From: Lama glama
Taxonomy: Eukaryota
Direction: 5' to 3'
Assembly: GCA_028534125.1 (NCBI GenBank)
Contig: CM052816.1
Coordinates: 40,054,001 to 40,118,000 of the forward strand
Length of the DNA: 64,000 bases
Shown one piece after another: positions 38,224 to 50,546 of this stretch. Within the stretch, counting starts at the first letter, position 1. Each line of letters starts with the position of its first letter. The translations under genes and the position numbers were made by a program. The notes under the pieces are model-generated. The model saw only the letters and a program-made list of their open reading frames with translations. It searched no databases and was not told the DNA's origin.

Positions 38224-41200
38224 TCAACTATTAACCCTATGCTTCATGTTTCAAAAAGTCACATAGATTAAATATTTAATCATTTTACCAGTATTTTGAA
38301 AATCCTTTTCCTCAAGAGATCTGAGGTGAAAGTATTATTTTTATGTTTCAGATACTTAAAGTCCTTTGTTTAATAACTGCTCAGAATTTGGGAAATGTCA
38401 TGACTGAGTGGCCTTGTATATTATGCTTATGACCAAATGGTAAGGCATTCTTTCTTCTATAGGGAGGTTGGGGCAAAATATGAACTTAAAGACATTTTCT
38501 TTGATTCTGAAAGAAATCCATGTGTAAATAGTGTCAGTTAAAACTCCTGTCCTGAAGTCATTCTAGAATAGGTGTGCTTTTCTTTTATATGCACTGTGTC
38601 CTCAGACATGTTTCTCAGTTACTTTGACCTAGTTCCTCACCTCTACAGTGGAGGTAGTTCCTTACCTCAAAGTATTGCAAAATTGTTGGTTTCAGGTCTG
38701 TTTGGGGCCTGCTGTCCTCACCTCAAGAAAGTCAGAGAGACCGATAGGGTACGCGTTTCAGCTTCCCCTAGCCACTTTGAGAGAGTAACCACAAAGCCCC
38801 AAACAAAACCAGGTATTAGAGATTCTCTGTTCTCTTGACTCTTTAAGCTCAAAAACAGGATGGAAGCAGACAGGAACCATCAGCTTCCTCTGAGGGCAGA
38901 GGAGAGGAGAGGTTATCCCCCATTTCATGCTCAGTTGACAAATGTGATTCCATTGGTAATGCCAGTTTGGGCTGAGGGATTTCAGCGTCAGTACAGAGAA
39001 ATACAGAGTGAGCTTGGCCAACCAAAGGAAAAAAAATGTGTTTGGAAAATCATGTGTTTGGAACTCCTCTGAACATTAATGATGAGAAAGAATAGAGGTT
39101 AGTCTGTGATCCACTCTTGTTTCCTTCTCATTTAATCTTTGTCATATGTGTAAAGACTGAATTAACAAATTCCCGTATCACAGTACGTGCTGTTTTACCT
39201 CAGTGCCTCACATGGCTAGTCCTGTGGGGAGCCCAAGGTGTCACATGCGCCGTGGATGCATCACCACGTGGCTAGCTGAATGAGCATCATCCTATTGCTG
39301 TTACTAGTAATAACTGTCGAGATTTTATTTTGACCAGATGCTATCATTGTAAAATAGCATGAATAGTAAGATAGCTGTGGAAAAAGAATTCTGAGCACTT
39401 AGTGAAGCATCTGCACAATGAACTCTCAAGGTGTATCTGTTGAGCTCTTGAAAGATGGACCTCCTGGTTGCTTAGACCGTTAAGCCATAACTTAAGGGAG
39501 AGGAAGAGAATATGGACAAGTCTCAGAGATCTGTCTAACTAAGGAACTCAGTGATCTTGAGGTATTACACATGAAGTAAACACTTCTTTCCTTAAAAAAT
39601 TGAATGAATTAAAGCATTTTTATAGGTGTGAAATGAGTGAAAGTACCTTTCATTCTGCATAAAAGAAATGTTGAGAGGCAGTACATCTAGTGTGCGATCA
39701 CAGAAGTTTCAGAGGTCTAGACTACAAGTGGAGCTAGCTGTATTCCCAAAGGTTTTCAATCAATGACGGAGGGAAGAAAAACAAATTGAAAAGTGGGCAG
39801 CTGAGAGTAAACAGGGAGTTTGGCCAACATAACTAGCTCTATATGTATGTTTTCATGTTTTTGAGATGTCGAAATATTTGGACAGTACAAAACATTTAAT
39901 TTGGCTGAAGAAGCAGAACCTGAGTGTATTAACTATTCTTAGGCACTCAGTAGTTTTGACTCACAAAAATCCATCATTTCAAAATTGGGCACTCTTCAGT
40001 TTTATGAGATTAAGAGTAACATGTAAAGTAAATAAATAAATGCTTGCTAATGCATTCCGGCTACTTTTGAATATTATCATCCCCAAGATTTTTTTAAAAG
40101 GAAGATGAAGAATGCGTGATTGCAAATCTATTCATGATCCTGCTCAATCAGCAGTATTGCTACTAGTAACGCTATAAAGTTCACAACAAGTCTCCTGAGT
40201 CGCTGGATTGCAACACAGCTGGTTGGTTATTTTGGCTTCCTTAGTGTTCGCCCTGATTATGTGACATTTGGCTAACTATATTACTAAATATCTAACTCAT
40301 CCACAGAGAAGTTAATTTACTGGCCACATGTGGACATGATGTTAATCTTTCCTTCCAGTGAAAAATTAAACATAGTCACTCCAAAGAAAATGAGCAAGCA
40401 GGCTTATAGAGCCAGCATGCTTTACATTTTACGATGTGTCCTTCTGTCATGCTATTTATTTTCAGTACCTCTGTTTCCATCCCTTACAAAGCCTGGTCGG
40501 GCTATGCTTGGATCTTAAAACATTTACAGTAAAGCTCAGGTGGTTTGATTATGCTTTGATCTCCTGGTGCTCGTTCAGTTCACACCACATCCATTTAGCA
40601 TTCTTTGATTGCATGGAGTACATTGGCTCCTCTCCTGGATCAACCCTATTCTCCAGAAATAGTGTTACTCTGTTAGTTTCCCTTCACTTCTGAGGTGGAA
40701 AGTCCCTGTCTTTCAGCACTCAACTTAATTGACGACTGTCTTATTAGTCCTTAAATAGCACATGGCCAGACAGTCCTGTTTCAGAAACACACTGAGTCAG
40801 TCCTAAAAGAGTGTGTTTTGCAAACATGAGTGTGGGAGGGCTTTTAAATATGTGATGAGAAAAAGTTATGAAAAGCAGAAAGAAATTAAGTGATTTTTTT
40901 TTCCTGAAAAGATAATTCAGTAGAATGTTATTTTGGCTCTCTGTAAGGGGACTGGCTCTGATTATTTTTACAATCATAGAGAAAATCAAGTATAGATATT
41001 ATTTTTCTATGGTGGAAATTCCCTGAAAAGAGTTGCTTGAGGAACTGTTACAGCAGAAAGATCTGTCTGAAGCCATCTTCCCTGAGAGGAACCGTTAACT
41101 GTCGTGTTAACAAGTGTTGTCTATTTTTTACCTAAGGAAGGAGAGGTGTGTGTACTAATGTTCAGAATGCATTTACTCATAGTGTCCAAATTCATCTTAT

Positions 41201-43006
41201 AATTGGGTTGGTTGGGATTTTAGACTATTTTTAAAACTGGTGTGGAGCATGTTTTAGGACTTTAAAACTGGTCATATTCTCCTTCTTCCATGAGTTCCAC
41301 TGTAAGATGCTCACTTAGTTTCTTTTCACATGTCATTGTCCCTTTTCAGGGCAGTCCCATTTCTGATATTCTTACTGTAAGGGGCATGAATGATCACTCG
41401 TCTCCAGTAGTGCTGGATCACGGATGGAGACAAAATACGTACTCTGTCATATAATATAGTGGGTGTAATTAAAGTCATATAACTTGAAAAGATTATTTAT
41501 TTCTAAATAATATGACATGTTAATTTTTATTTGTTTTCTCTCTGAGCTCACCCTGCATATCGCAGACTTTGTTTAATTGTATAAGGTATATAAGGTAAAA
41601 GATATTTGTTGTGTTAGATAAATGATGTCAGAGATCTAGGAACTAATAAGATGTATTAATTAAAAGAGATAAGGAAAGATATATAAGCCAGTTATTTTGA
41701 TAGCAGAGCACACACTTTACTTTTTAATTAAATAGAAGTTGTTTGAGAAATTAGTTAATGTGGCAAAATGCACTAGGAAGAGAAATGTGAAAAACTTTCC
41801 TAATGCAGTCAAGCCTGCAAAAATGCAGAAAGATACAATTAGGTTATTTTCCCTTTGCTTGAAAGGCTGATATAAGGAACAAAAAAGAAAAAAAAATTAT
41901 GTGTATGTGTTTGTCGTTGTGTAGATTGAATAGGTTCAAATGATTTTTTTTCCAAATTAGCAAACTCTTGCTTGTTAAAAATATAATTTTTCACTTGTCA
42001 ACTAATAAAAATATGCCTTTTTCAGCAAGTTGAACTATTATAAAGTAAAAAGGTGTTTTTTTAAGTCAAGTATCCAAAGATCTATGTGACAAAATTATGA
42101 AGCATCACAAACTGGTTAAACACAAAATTCAAGGTGCTTTCCAAAGCTTTCTTGTAATATGTGGATGAAATCAGATACTTAGTGAGACCCTGGAGCTTCA
42201 GCTGCAAGAACAGGACAGCAGATTCTGTCCCTCCTTCACAGAGGGCACATGGCCTATTAGTAGGGGAAACAGGTATTTTGACGATGTCCTCAAAAGGAAC
42301 AGAAAGATATTTGATCCTATAGTAAGGACTTTTCTGCATTATTTAACATCTCAAAAAGACATTTGAAATGTGATAACTCTATTTTTCTTACTTTTCTTTC
42401 CCATTTAGGCCTATAGAAGGCAATTACAAATATGTTTGTGGAAAATGCTATAAGGAATTGTACTTTTCCCTCAACCTCAGGGTACAGAAAAGACATCTTC
42501 AGTGGCTTATGTTTATAAAGTTGTTGAAATGACTTAAGCTTGACAAGTGGTGCAGATTGGAGTATGAGGTCTACTGTGTTTTCCTCACGTACAGACTAGC
42601 ATGTGGTTTACACTGTCTGCTGCCTGGCGTCAGAGCCCTTGCAAACTGACCATCATAAGTTCACCTGTTAGGAATTCATATCGTGTTTTTATGAAGATAA
42701 CAGTAATAAGACTTTTTAGACAATAGATCGAATTAATATAAATGACAATTTGAACCTCATACTAAGAGTGCACATCCTTATGGAAGACAGTATTCCTGAA
42801 CGTGTAACAACTTATTAAAAATGTAATTTTACTGAGCAAATTATCTTTTTTTCCCACCTGGGAAGCAAAACAAAACAAAACCGACAACAGAAAAACAAAC
42901 CAAGAAAGACCATGTTCATTCCCCATTCTTCTTTTCGTGCACACCATTTTAGGAGTGAATGTTTCATATTTATTTTTCATTTATCCATTAATTTTTTCCT
43001 CTTCAG

Positions 43007-43300
43007 GTGTAATCTAGCTCCTGTGGTGGAGTTTGCTGCAGATGTGGGAACTAAGTCAGATTTTATTACCATGAATCCATCAGTTGTACAAAGAGCATTT
43101 GGAGGCTTTCGGAATGAGAGTGACAGAGAAAAATTTGTGCATAGACTTTCCATGCTGAATGACAGTGTCCTTTGGATCCCCGCTTTCATGGTCAAAGGAG
43201 GAGAGAAGCACGTGGAGTGGGTTAATGCATTAATCCTTAAGAATAAACTGAAAGTGCGAACTGCCTATCCATCACTGAGACTTATTCATGCTGTCAGAGG
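43007..43300 (+). CDS. ST8SIA4: ST8SIA4 coding exon 4 (end of sialylmotif L, most of the polysialyltransferase domain; codons 168-266)
   Basis: Acceptor ttttttcctcttcag|G and donor GG|gtaagt; 294 nt. Reads [25 protein letters not shown]...[21 protein letters not shown], with sequons at N204 and N219. Lies inside ORF 42912..43304. Exon 5 (YWLTNKV..., sialylmotifs S/VS) is not seen in the window. Confidence 0.98.
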
Positions 43301-43949
43301 GTAAGTGTCTGGAAAGGACCAGTCTGTCCTTGGAACATGTAACTAAATATTTTCCCTAGACAGGGAGGAGCTTCAGTAAAGTCTCCCAGTAGATACATGT
43401 TTCCATTATTTTATAATCGCTACTCTCTTCAGCAACTTGAATTCTGTTAATGCACTGTTTTATTTTAACTCAATCTCTTTCTTTGAAAAAGCAAATATTT
43501 GAACTTGGCACTTCTGTCTGCTCGTGAACAGATTACTGATTTTTATATTTTGCTGTGTTAGAGTAATAAGAATTCATAGTAAAATTGATGAATTTGGGGA
43601 TGAGAAAACTGCCAACAGAACTACAAACAATCAACAGTGCTAAGTAGGTCGTGGACAGTATTGTGGGACCTTAACTGTTATGTGTATTTAAGGAGCAGTT
43701 AAGTCCCCTTTGTAGTTAAGAGGCCTACTAGTGATAGAGAAGGCTGGCTGAGGTAATGTGCCTTAACGCTTCCCCTCAAGAGGCACAGATGGCATTTTTA
43801 TGAATTAAGTCAACATGTCCCTTTTATTAATATAAGCTCAAAAGAAAGACCTACAAAAATTGACTCTTGTTTAAAAGTGGCAAATGACCAAAAGGTCAAA
43901 TTCAGTCATGCAAACATATGAGTGTGTAAAATACATTACACAAATATAA

Positions 43950-44590
43950 ACAGTTATGTGTATTTATTAAGTATCTCCTAAGTGTCGGATACTGTAAATT
44001 CAAAAAGAATGAAGTACTGATCGCTGCTTTAAAGGAATGCATAGGCTTTATGATAGAACCAGAGGCGTGTACAACCCGCTAAGGCATAAACAAATAATAA
44101 GGGGATGTATTGTCCAAAGTGTAGAATTTGCCTCAGGTTAGCAAAGAAGTCTTAAAAATCTAACATTTGAACTAGTCTTTAAAAGCAGAAAACGATTTTT
44201 TTAAATTTTTTAAGTGATTGTCGGGGAAAGAAAGAGATAGAGGAAACCAGGAGGAAATGTTATTGCCTCATTTGAGCAAACTGAGGCAAGGAAATAACTA
44301 AGAACACGGTAAGCTTGTGGGATAATGGAATGTATTGTGGAGCACTGGAAAAATAACTTGTGATCTGGTTGGGAAGAGAATCAATTTTATCCTTTATGGA
44401 GCACAACTAAATATGTGGGTTTAGGAGAATAAACCTTGTAACTGCAGACTCTGTAGTGGCAAAGTGAGATGCTAGAGATACGAAGACCATTTAGGTCTTT
44501 TGATTAATTTACTCATAAGATGATCAAGACATAGGGCAAAATCAGGGGACATGGAAAAGATGGGCAAGTTTAGAGGACCAGTGAAATACA
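43950..44590 (-). mobile_element. LINE-2 remnant
   Basis: tatttattaagtatctcctaagtgtcggatactgta start and further degenerate reverse-L2 motifs. Confidence 0.45.
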
Positions 44591-45019
44591 ATGGCTGGAA
44601 GTCCTAACAGGAAAAGGTTTTCAAACCCAGAGTTATATAAATAGTTTGCTTGGGACTGGGCTAAAGTGTTTTCCTTTTTCTTTTGTTATTGAGATATTTT
44701 CCTTCAAAGACTTACCATTTCCTTGTTTAAGACTTAAGACAGTTTCTTGGATTGTTATTCTGCACACAGTTAAACTGATTTCTTATAATTAGATCATGGT
44801 TAGTCAACATTCATTCTCTTGATGTTTGCCATGAAGTTTCAACAAAGTAAAATAAAATACAAGCATTTGGAGGAATAAGGAATTCTTTAAGTTATAAAGA
44901 TTCCTGGTAGTTCCAGTTTGACAATTAAAAAAAAAAAGACACGTTCTTAACAGAGAGTAACTTCATAATGTGCTGTGCTAGGAACATATCTTAATTATTT
45001 TTCAGTTCTTTATTGAATA

Positions 45020-45985
45020 CATGTATTGCAAATATTTTATCCAAGTCTGTGGTTTGCCTTTTCAATCTCTTAGTGGTGTCTTTCGATGAACATGAGTTTA
45101 AGTTTAACAAAACCCAATTTATCAATATTTTTTCTTCAATTTTAAAAAATTGTGATAAAGAACACATAAGATAAAACCTACCATCTCAGCTGTTTGTGAG
45201 TGTACACTTAAGTAGTATTAAGTTAAGTTCATATTGTGGTATAACCATCACCAGCGTCCACGTCCAGAACTCTTCCTCCTGCAAAACCGAACCTCTATAC
45301 CTGTTGAACAATTTCTCCCCATTCAGCTGCTGACAGTCACCACTCTCCTTCCTTGTCTGTGTGATTTGACTGCTCTAACTACCTCACCCAAGTGGAATCA
45401 TCTTTATTTCACTTAGCATAATGTCATTGTTTCTTACAATGTTTTTTAATTTAAAATTTACTTTGACAGCATAGCCACTTCTTACATTAGTGTCTTTTTT
45501 TTTTTTAGGGTCTTTTGGTGGTGAAATATTTGAATTTCTTGCTTCATTTATGTATATTCTAGAGCTATTTTCTCTGTGGTTGCCAGACAGATTTCATTTA
45601 AAATCCTGAAGTTGTAAAACTTTTATTTGAATTTATACCAGTTTAACTTCAATAACACAAAAAAAGCTCTGTCCCCACCCCTTTTGGTTGTTGATGCCAC
45701 GAAAGTTTATTTTTATACATAGTATGTCCCAAAACATAAACTAATAATTCTTTAAAATGCATTAGTATTCCAAATTTATATAGAAAAGATTTGGAGTTAC
45801 AAGTCAAAGTTACAGTAATACTAGCTTTCACACTAGTAATTTTTTAATGTAGTAATCTCTTAAATCATGTAGAAACATATGAAAAAAGACAGTTACAAAC
45901 CATTGTTACAATAATACTAGCTTTTTGATAATTGCCCATGAATTTAACTTTAGTGAGATCTATATTTCTCCACACATCTTTTTTG
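45020..45985 (-). mobile_element. Cluster of old L1 fragments (ORF2 piece, L1MB-like 3' end at about 45140-45430, further L1M piece)
   Basis: ttgcaaatattttatccaagtctgtggtttgccttttc; ataaccatcaccagcgtccacgtccagaactcttc...; gttacagtaatactagcttt duplicated motif. Confidence 0.7.
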
Positions 45986-46159
45986 ATATGTTAATGTTAA
46001 GTATCATTGATTCATAGAAAAGCGAACAAGTCTCTGTGCCCTGTCTTACACACATACACTCTCCAGTGATAGCTTATTAAGATGAAAAACCAAGTATTTT
46101 GAAGTAAGTACTCTTTGATTATAGGAAATTAATAAGAAAATTTAGTTACTATGAATTAG

Positions 46160-47690
46160 TATTTTTAATAGACTATTTTTAGAGTAGTTCTTTGTTCACA
46201 GAAAAAATTGAGCAGAGAGTACAGAGATTTTCCGTGTACTGCCTGCCCCAGCACGTGAAGAGCCTCCCCTATTGTCACCGTCTTCCACCAGAGACCTACA
46301 TTAGTTAAAATTAGTGAACTTACATTGATACATCATTATCACCAAAGCCCATAGTTTGCTTTTAATTTTTATGTTCCATGGGTTTTGACAGATGTATAAT
46401 GCTATGTGTCTACCATTATAGTATATAGAGTAGTTTATAATCCTACAGTACATGGGGTAGTTCCACTAAAAATCCTTTGTGCTCAGACTGTTCACCTTCT
46501 CTCCCCAGTAACCCATGGCAAGCATTGATCATTTTACTGTCTTCATAGTTTTCCCTTTTCTCAAATGTCATATTGTTGGAGTTATTTGGTATGTAGCCTT
46601 TTCAGATTGATTCCTTTTACTTAGTAATGTGTGTTTAAGTTTCTTCCATGTCTTTTCATGGCTTGATAGCTCATTCCTTTTTAGTGCTGAATAATATTCC
46701 ATTGTCTGGATGTACCGGTTTATTTATTCATTCACCTATAGCTTCCAAGTTTTGGCAATCATGAATAAAACTGCTAAAAACATTTGTGTGCAGGTTTTTG
46801 GATGGACATAGTTTTCAACTCATTTGGGTAAATACTGAGGACTGTGATTGTGGGATCTTCTGAAAAGAGTATGTTTAGGTTTATAAGAAATTGATGAGCT
46901 GTCTCCCAAAGTGGCTGTACCATTTTATGTTCTCACCAGTAATGAATAAGACTTCCTGTTTCTCCACGTGCTCTTGTGTTTTCGGTGTTCTGGATTTTGG
47001 TCATTCTAATAGGTATGTAGTGATATTTCATTGTTGTTTTAATTTGCATTTCTCTAATGACATATGATATGGAGCATCTTTTAATATGCTTTTTTTGCCA
47101 TCTTTATCTCTTCTTTCAGGAGATGTACGTTCAAGTCTTTGGCTCATTTTTTAAGTCGAGTTGTTGGTTTTCTTATTGAGGAGTTCTTTGTATGTTTTAG
47201 ATAACTGTCCTTTATCAGATGCGTCCTTTGCACATATTTTCTCCCAGACTATGGCTTGTTTTTTCTTTCTGTTGACATTGTTTTAGTGAAGCCCAGCTTA
47301 TCAATTATTTCTTTCATTGATCGTACCTTTGGTATTTTACCTAAAAAGTCATCACCAAACCCAAGGTTTTCTAGATTGTCTAACATGTTACCTCCTACAA
47401 GTTTTATAGTTTAGCATTCTTCATGTTAATCTGTGATCTATTTTGAGTTAATGACTATATTCATATGGGTCTATTTCTGGGCTCTTTATCTGTTCCATTT
47501 GATCTGTTTGTCTATTCTTTATCAGCACTGTACTGTGCTGATTACTGTAGCTTTATAGTAAGCCTTGAAGTTGGTTAGTGTCAGTCCTCTGACTTTGTTC
47601 CTCTTCATTAACATTATGTTGACTATTCTGGGTCTTTAGCCTCTCCACATAAACTTTGGAATTATTACCTTTGTTCTCTAGACTCCAGTT
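46160..47690 (-). mobile_element. L1MC-like element (3' UTR plus ORF2 end), antisense
   Basis: Reverse-complement homolog of the element at 1-1963 (gactatttttagagtagtt..., agcctcccctattgtca, gcttccaagttttggcaatcatgaataaaactgct, ttgttgttttaatttgcatttctcta). Confidence 0.88.
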
Positions 47691-48942
47691 TGTATTTCTC
47701 TGTTCACTACCAGCAGCTAAACACTTAATAAGGGCCTGCTTGAAATACACCATTTTCAATAAATTAGAACCCAGATAGAATTACATATGATTAACAGCAG
47801 TAAACTCATATAAGAGATTTTAAATATAAGAGATATATAACCATTTACTAGTTAATTCATCAGTACTCTCATTTTATATTTTATCTTATTTACTTTTCTT
47901 CCATAACCATTATGAATATAAACTACTTAACTCTTTCAAAAGCATTTTATTCCAAAGAACAAGGCCAAACTTCTGACCACTGGAAAGTTAATGATATGCT
48001 TACTTTAGGTTATTTTGACAAGACTTATTTTTGAATTCTCCAGAAAGAACTTAACTTGCTACTTTCCTGCTTAAACATCTACATATTTCCCCTCAGGGTC
48101 AAGTGATTGATTTCTAAACTGTGGCCCAGGATATAAAAAGTAGCTCTAGATTTGCCTTTCAACTTTCAAATACCTTGGAAATTTATACACATGGTATATA
48201 GGAAAGGTAACGGAACTAATGAAATTAACACATTAATGCATGCAAATATGTTTGTACTCTACAAAGGGACTAAAACTCAGAAAAGAAATAAGGAAGTGTG
48301 ATCACTGATGAAACAAGACTTACATGCTAAGAAAGCAAGAGCAAACTCCCCAAAGATCATTCGTTAAGTATCTCTTTTACATGTCTCTGAAACCCTGTGA
48401 TTAATTCCGTTCAGGAAAACAGTTTAGAGTTTCATATGCTCTGTTGATTACTAGAGTTTGTTGTCTCTCATGGAAGGTCTTTCATGCAGGCCATGAGTTT
48501 CAGGATGCACATAATCACAACATTAAAATGTGAGGGCCTTTCTAAGTACTGCAGTTACAAATAGAAAGTTTAAGTGATTTGGAAAGCAAAAACAACCTTG
48601 AACACAGTGAGGATCACTTAGTTTTCATATCATCAGGCTTCATTATTTAAACTTCTTCCTCTCTGAAAACTGTAATGGCTTACCAACCTTAAGCATCCAT
48701 TTAATTGTAGATTTTTTTAAAATCTCTAAAAATATAACCATCAATCACAAAACTCACTTATGTTTTAATGTATGGTCATTCTTAAGTCATGTTAAGTGAA
48801 ACAGGAGGGGGAAATGTTGCTGGATTCTAATTTTAAAACAATCTTACAAAATTATTATTCGAACTTTTATATATAAATCCTTTGCCTCTTGGCAAATATC
48901 ATGAATTATTATTAAAATACTTAAACCAAAAATAAAATACCT

Positions 48943-49062
48943 GGGGGAAGTGTATAGCTCAAGTGGTAGAGCACATTCTCAGCATGCAAGAGTCCCGGGT
49001 TCAATGCCCAGTATCTCCTCTAAGCAGAAATCAATGAATAAACCTGATTACCTCTCCCTCAT
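48943..49062 (+). mobile_element. tRNA-derived SINE (Vic-1-like), full length with TSD
   Basis: GGGGGAAGTGTATAGCTCAAGTGGTAGAGC (A box)...GGGTTCAATGCCCAG (B box). Flanked by aaaaataaaatacct (48928-48942) and aaaaataaaatatct (49063-49077). Confidence 0.88.
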
Positions 49063-50490
49063 AAAAATAAAATATCTGCCTTAATTATTTTATAAATTTT
49101 TATGATCCATTAGTTTTATTTTTTAATTCTACTATAATAAAAATAATGTATTTGCCCTATTTTGTCACCATATTCTAATTATTAATTTGCTTGAATATAA
49201 ATATTCAAGTAATAGGGACTACAATTTAATTAAGTTGATAAGCTGATACTTTGTATTAATCACGATAAATACTTAGATTGAGGATTCACTAGTGATCATT
49301 GAGATTGATAAAAATACTTAATATTCAGTGATAGCACCTTCATAGTTAATAATTCTAAAGTTATCCAACAATTTTGTAAATAGAGGTCGTCACCAAAATG
49401 ATTTTTAAGGGAAAGACGAATTCGGTTCATATAGATTTTTAAGAATTTTATGAGTTCTACTTGTGACTTTTTTCTTTATCTTTTAATCAAAAATACATAT
49501 GCTACCCTTGTATTTGACAAATCTTCCAAATGTGTATTGTTTGAAGGATAATTTAACAACTATAAAAGAAATGTGCAAGTGTGAAATAAGTTGACTATAT
49601 GACTGCTTTAAATTTATTTAGAATTAAGAATTTTTATTTGAAATGCTTGGTAGAACTTTCATGACCTACAACAATGTTTCTCAAATTGGAGTTCACAGGT
49701 GTATTTTGCAGGTTCTGAGAAGATATTCTTATTCTCTTTAAACGTGTTTTTAAATTGATCCAAACTAAGAGCATTGAATTATAGAATTTGCAAGAATTAT
49801 CTGGAGTTTGATGTTCAAGGAAGGTCAAAACAAACTCCTCTTATTCTGACTGTAGACAAGACCATTTATATCCTTGAGTCTCAGATTTGTGTCCTTTAAA
49901 ATGTAGGTATTGACATAAATAACCATTTAGATTCCTTTGGGCTCTGAGTTTAGCTGGTTCCATACTTTAGCTGTTCTTGCTCACATGAATATTCAAAATG
50001 CCACAACAAATATTTGTACTTAATTTTCAGAAACATCCTCAGGAATGTTTTCCTTATAACATAAAGGAGGTTCGTGTAACTATTGAACATCGTGATAAGT
50101 GGAGTGGCTTACTAAAATATCCCTGCTTTAAAGTCATTTGTTTAGGAATTTAAATATTCATATTCTTCAAGGTCATAATTAAGTTAATCCACCCTCATCT
50201 AAATGTTTCCTGTTGATATTAAAAGGTATACACATGCAAACACACACACCTATAAACACACGTGTGTTAATGTTCATATATAAATAGTTATAGAAGAGAC
50301 TAGTATATATGTTTGTTATGGGACCACTTATTCCATTGAATTTATTTTTTCTTTTGATTTCTATGATTATTAAACCTTAAAAAAGCATAGATCTTCCTAT
50401 AAGTACAAATATGAAAAATTATTTCTGGAGTAGTGTTTATATGTTGCATATATGAAAAATAAAAGTAATATGCTATATATTCAAAATACT

Positions 50491-50546
50491 ATATTTAATA
50501 CACTGCTAAGATCTTACAATATTTAATATACTGTTAAGATCTTATA
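50491..50546. repeat. 28-bp imperfect tandem duplication
   Basis: atatttaatacactgctaagatcttaca / atatttaatatactgttaagatcttata. Confidence 0.85.

Noticed and set aside
42912..43006. N-terminal extension of ORF 42912..43304 (MFIPHSS...)
   Set aside because: Intronic pyrimidine tract preceding the exon 4 acceptor.
1..47690. Inverted homology between the L1MC-like elements at 1-1963 and 46160-47690
   Set aside because: Independent old insertions of a common family; diverged, and one lies outside the transcript.
48943..49020. tRNA-like sequence
   Set aside because: It has a TSD, a SINE tail and a degenerate second copy, and I see no convincing acceptor stem. It is a SINE, not a tRNA gene.
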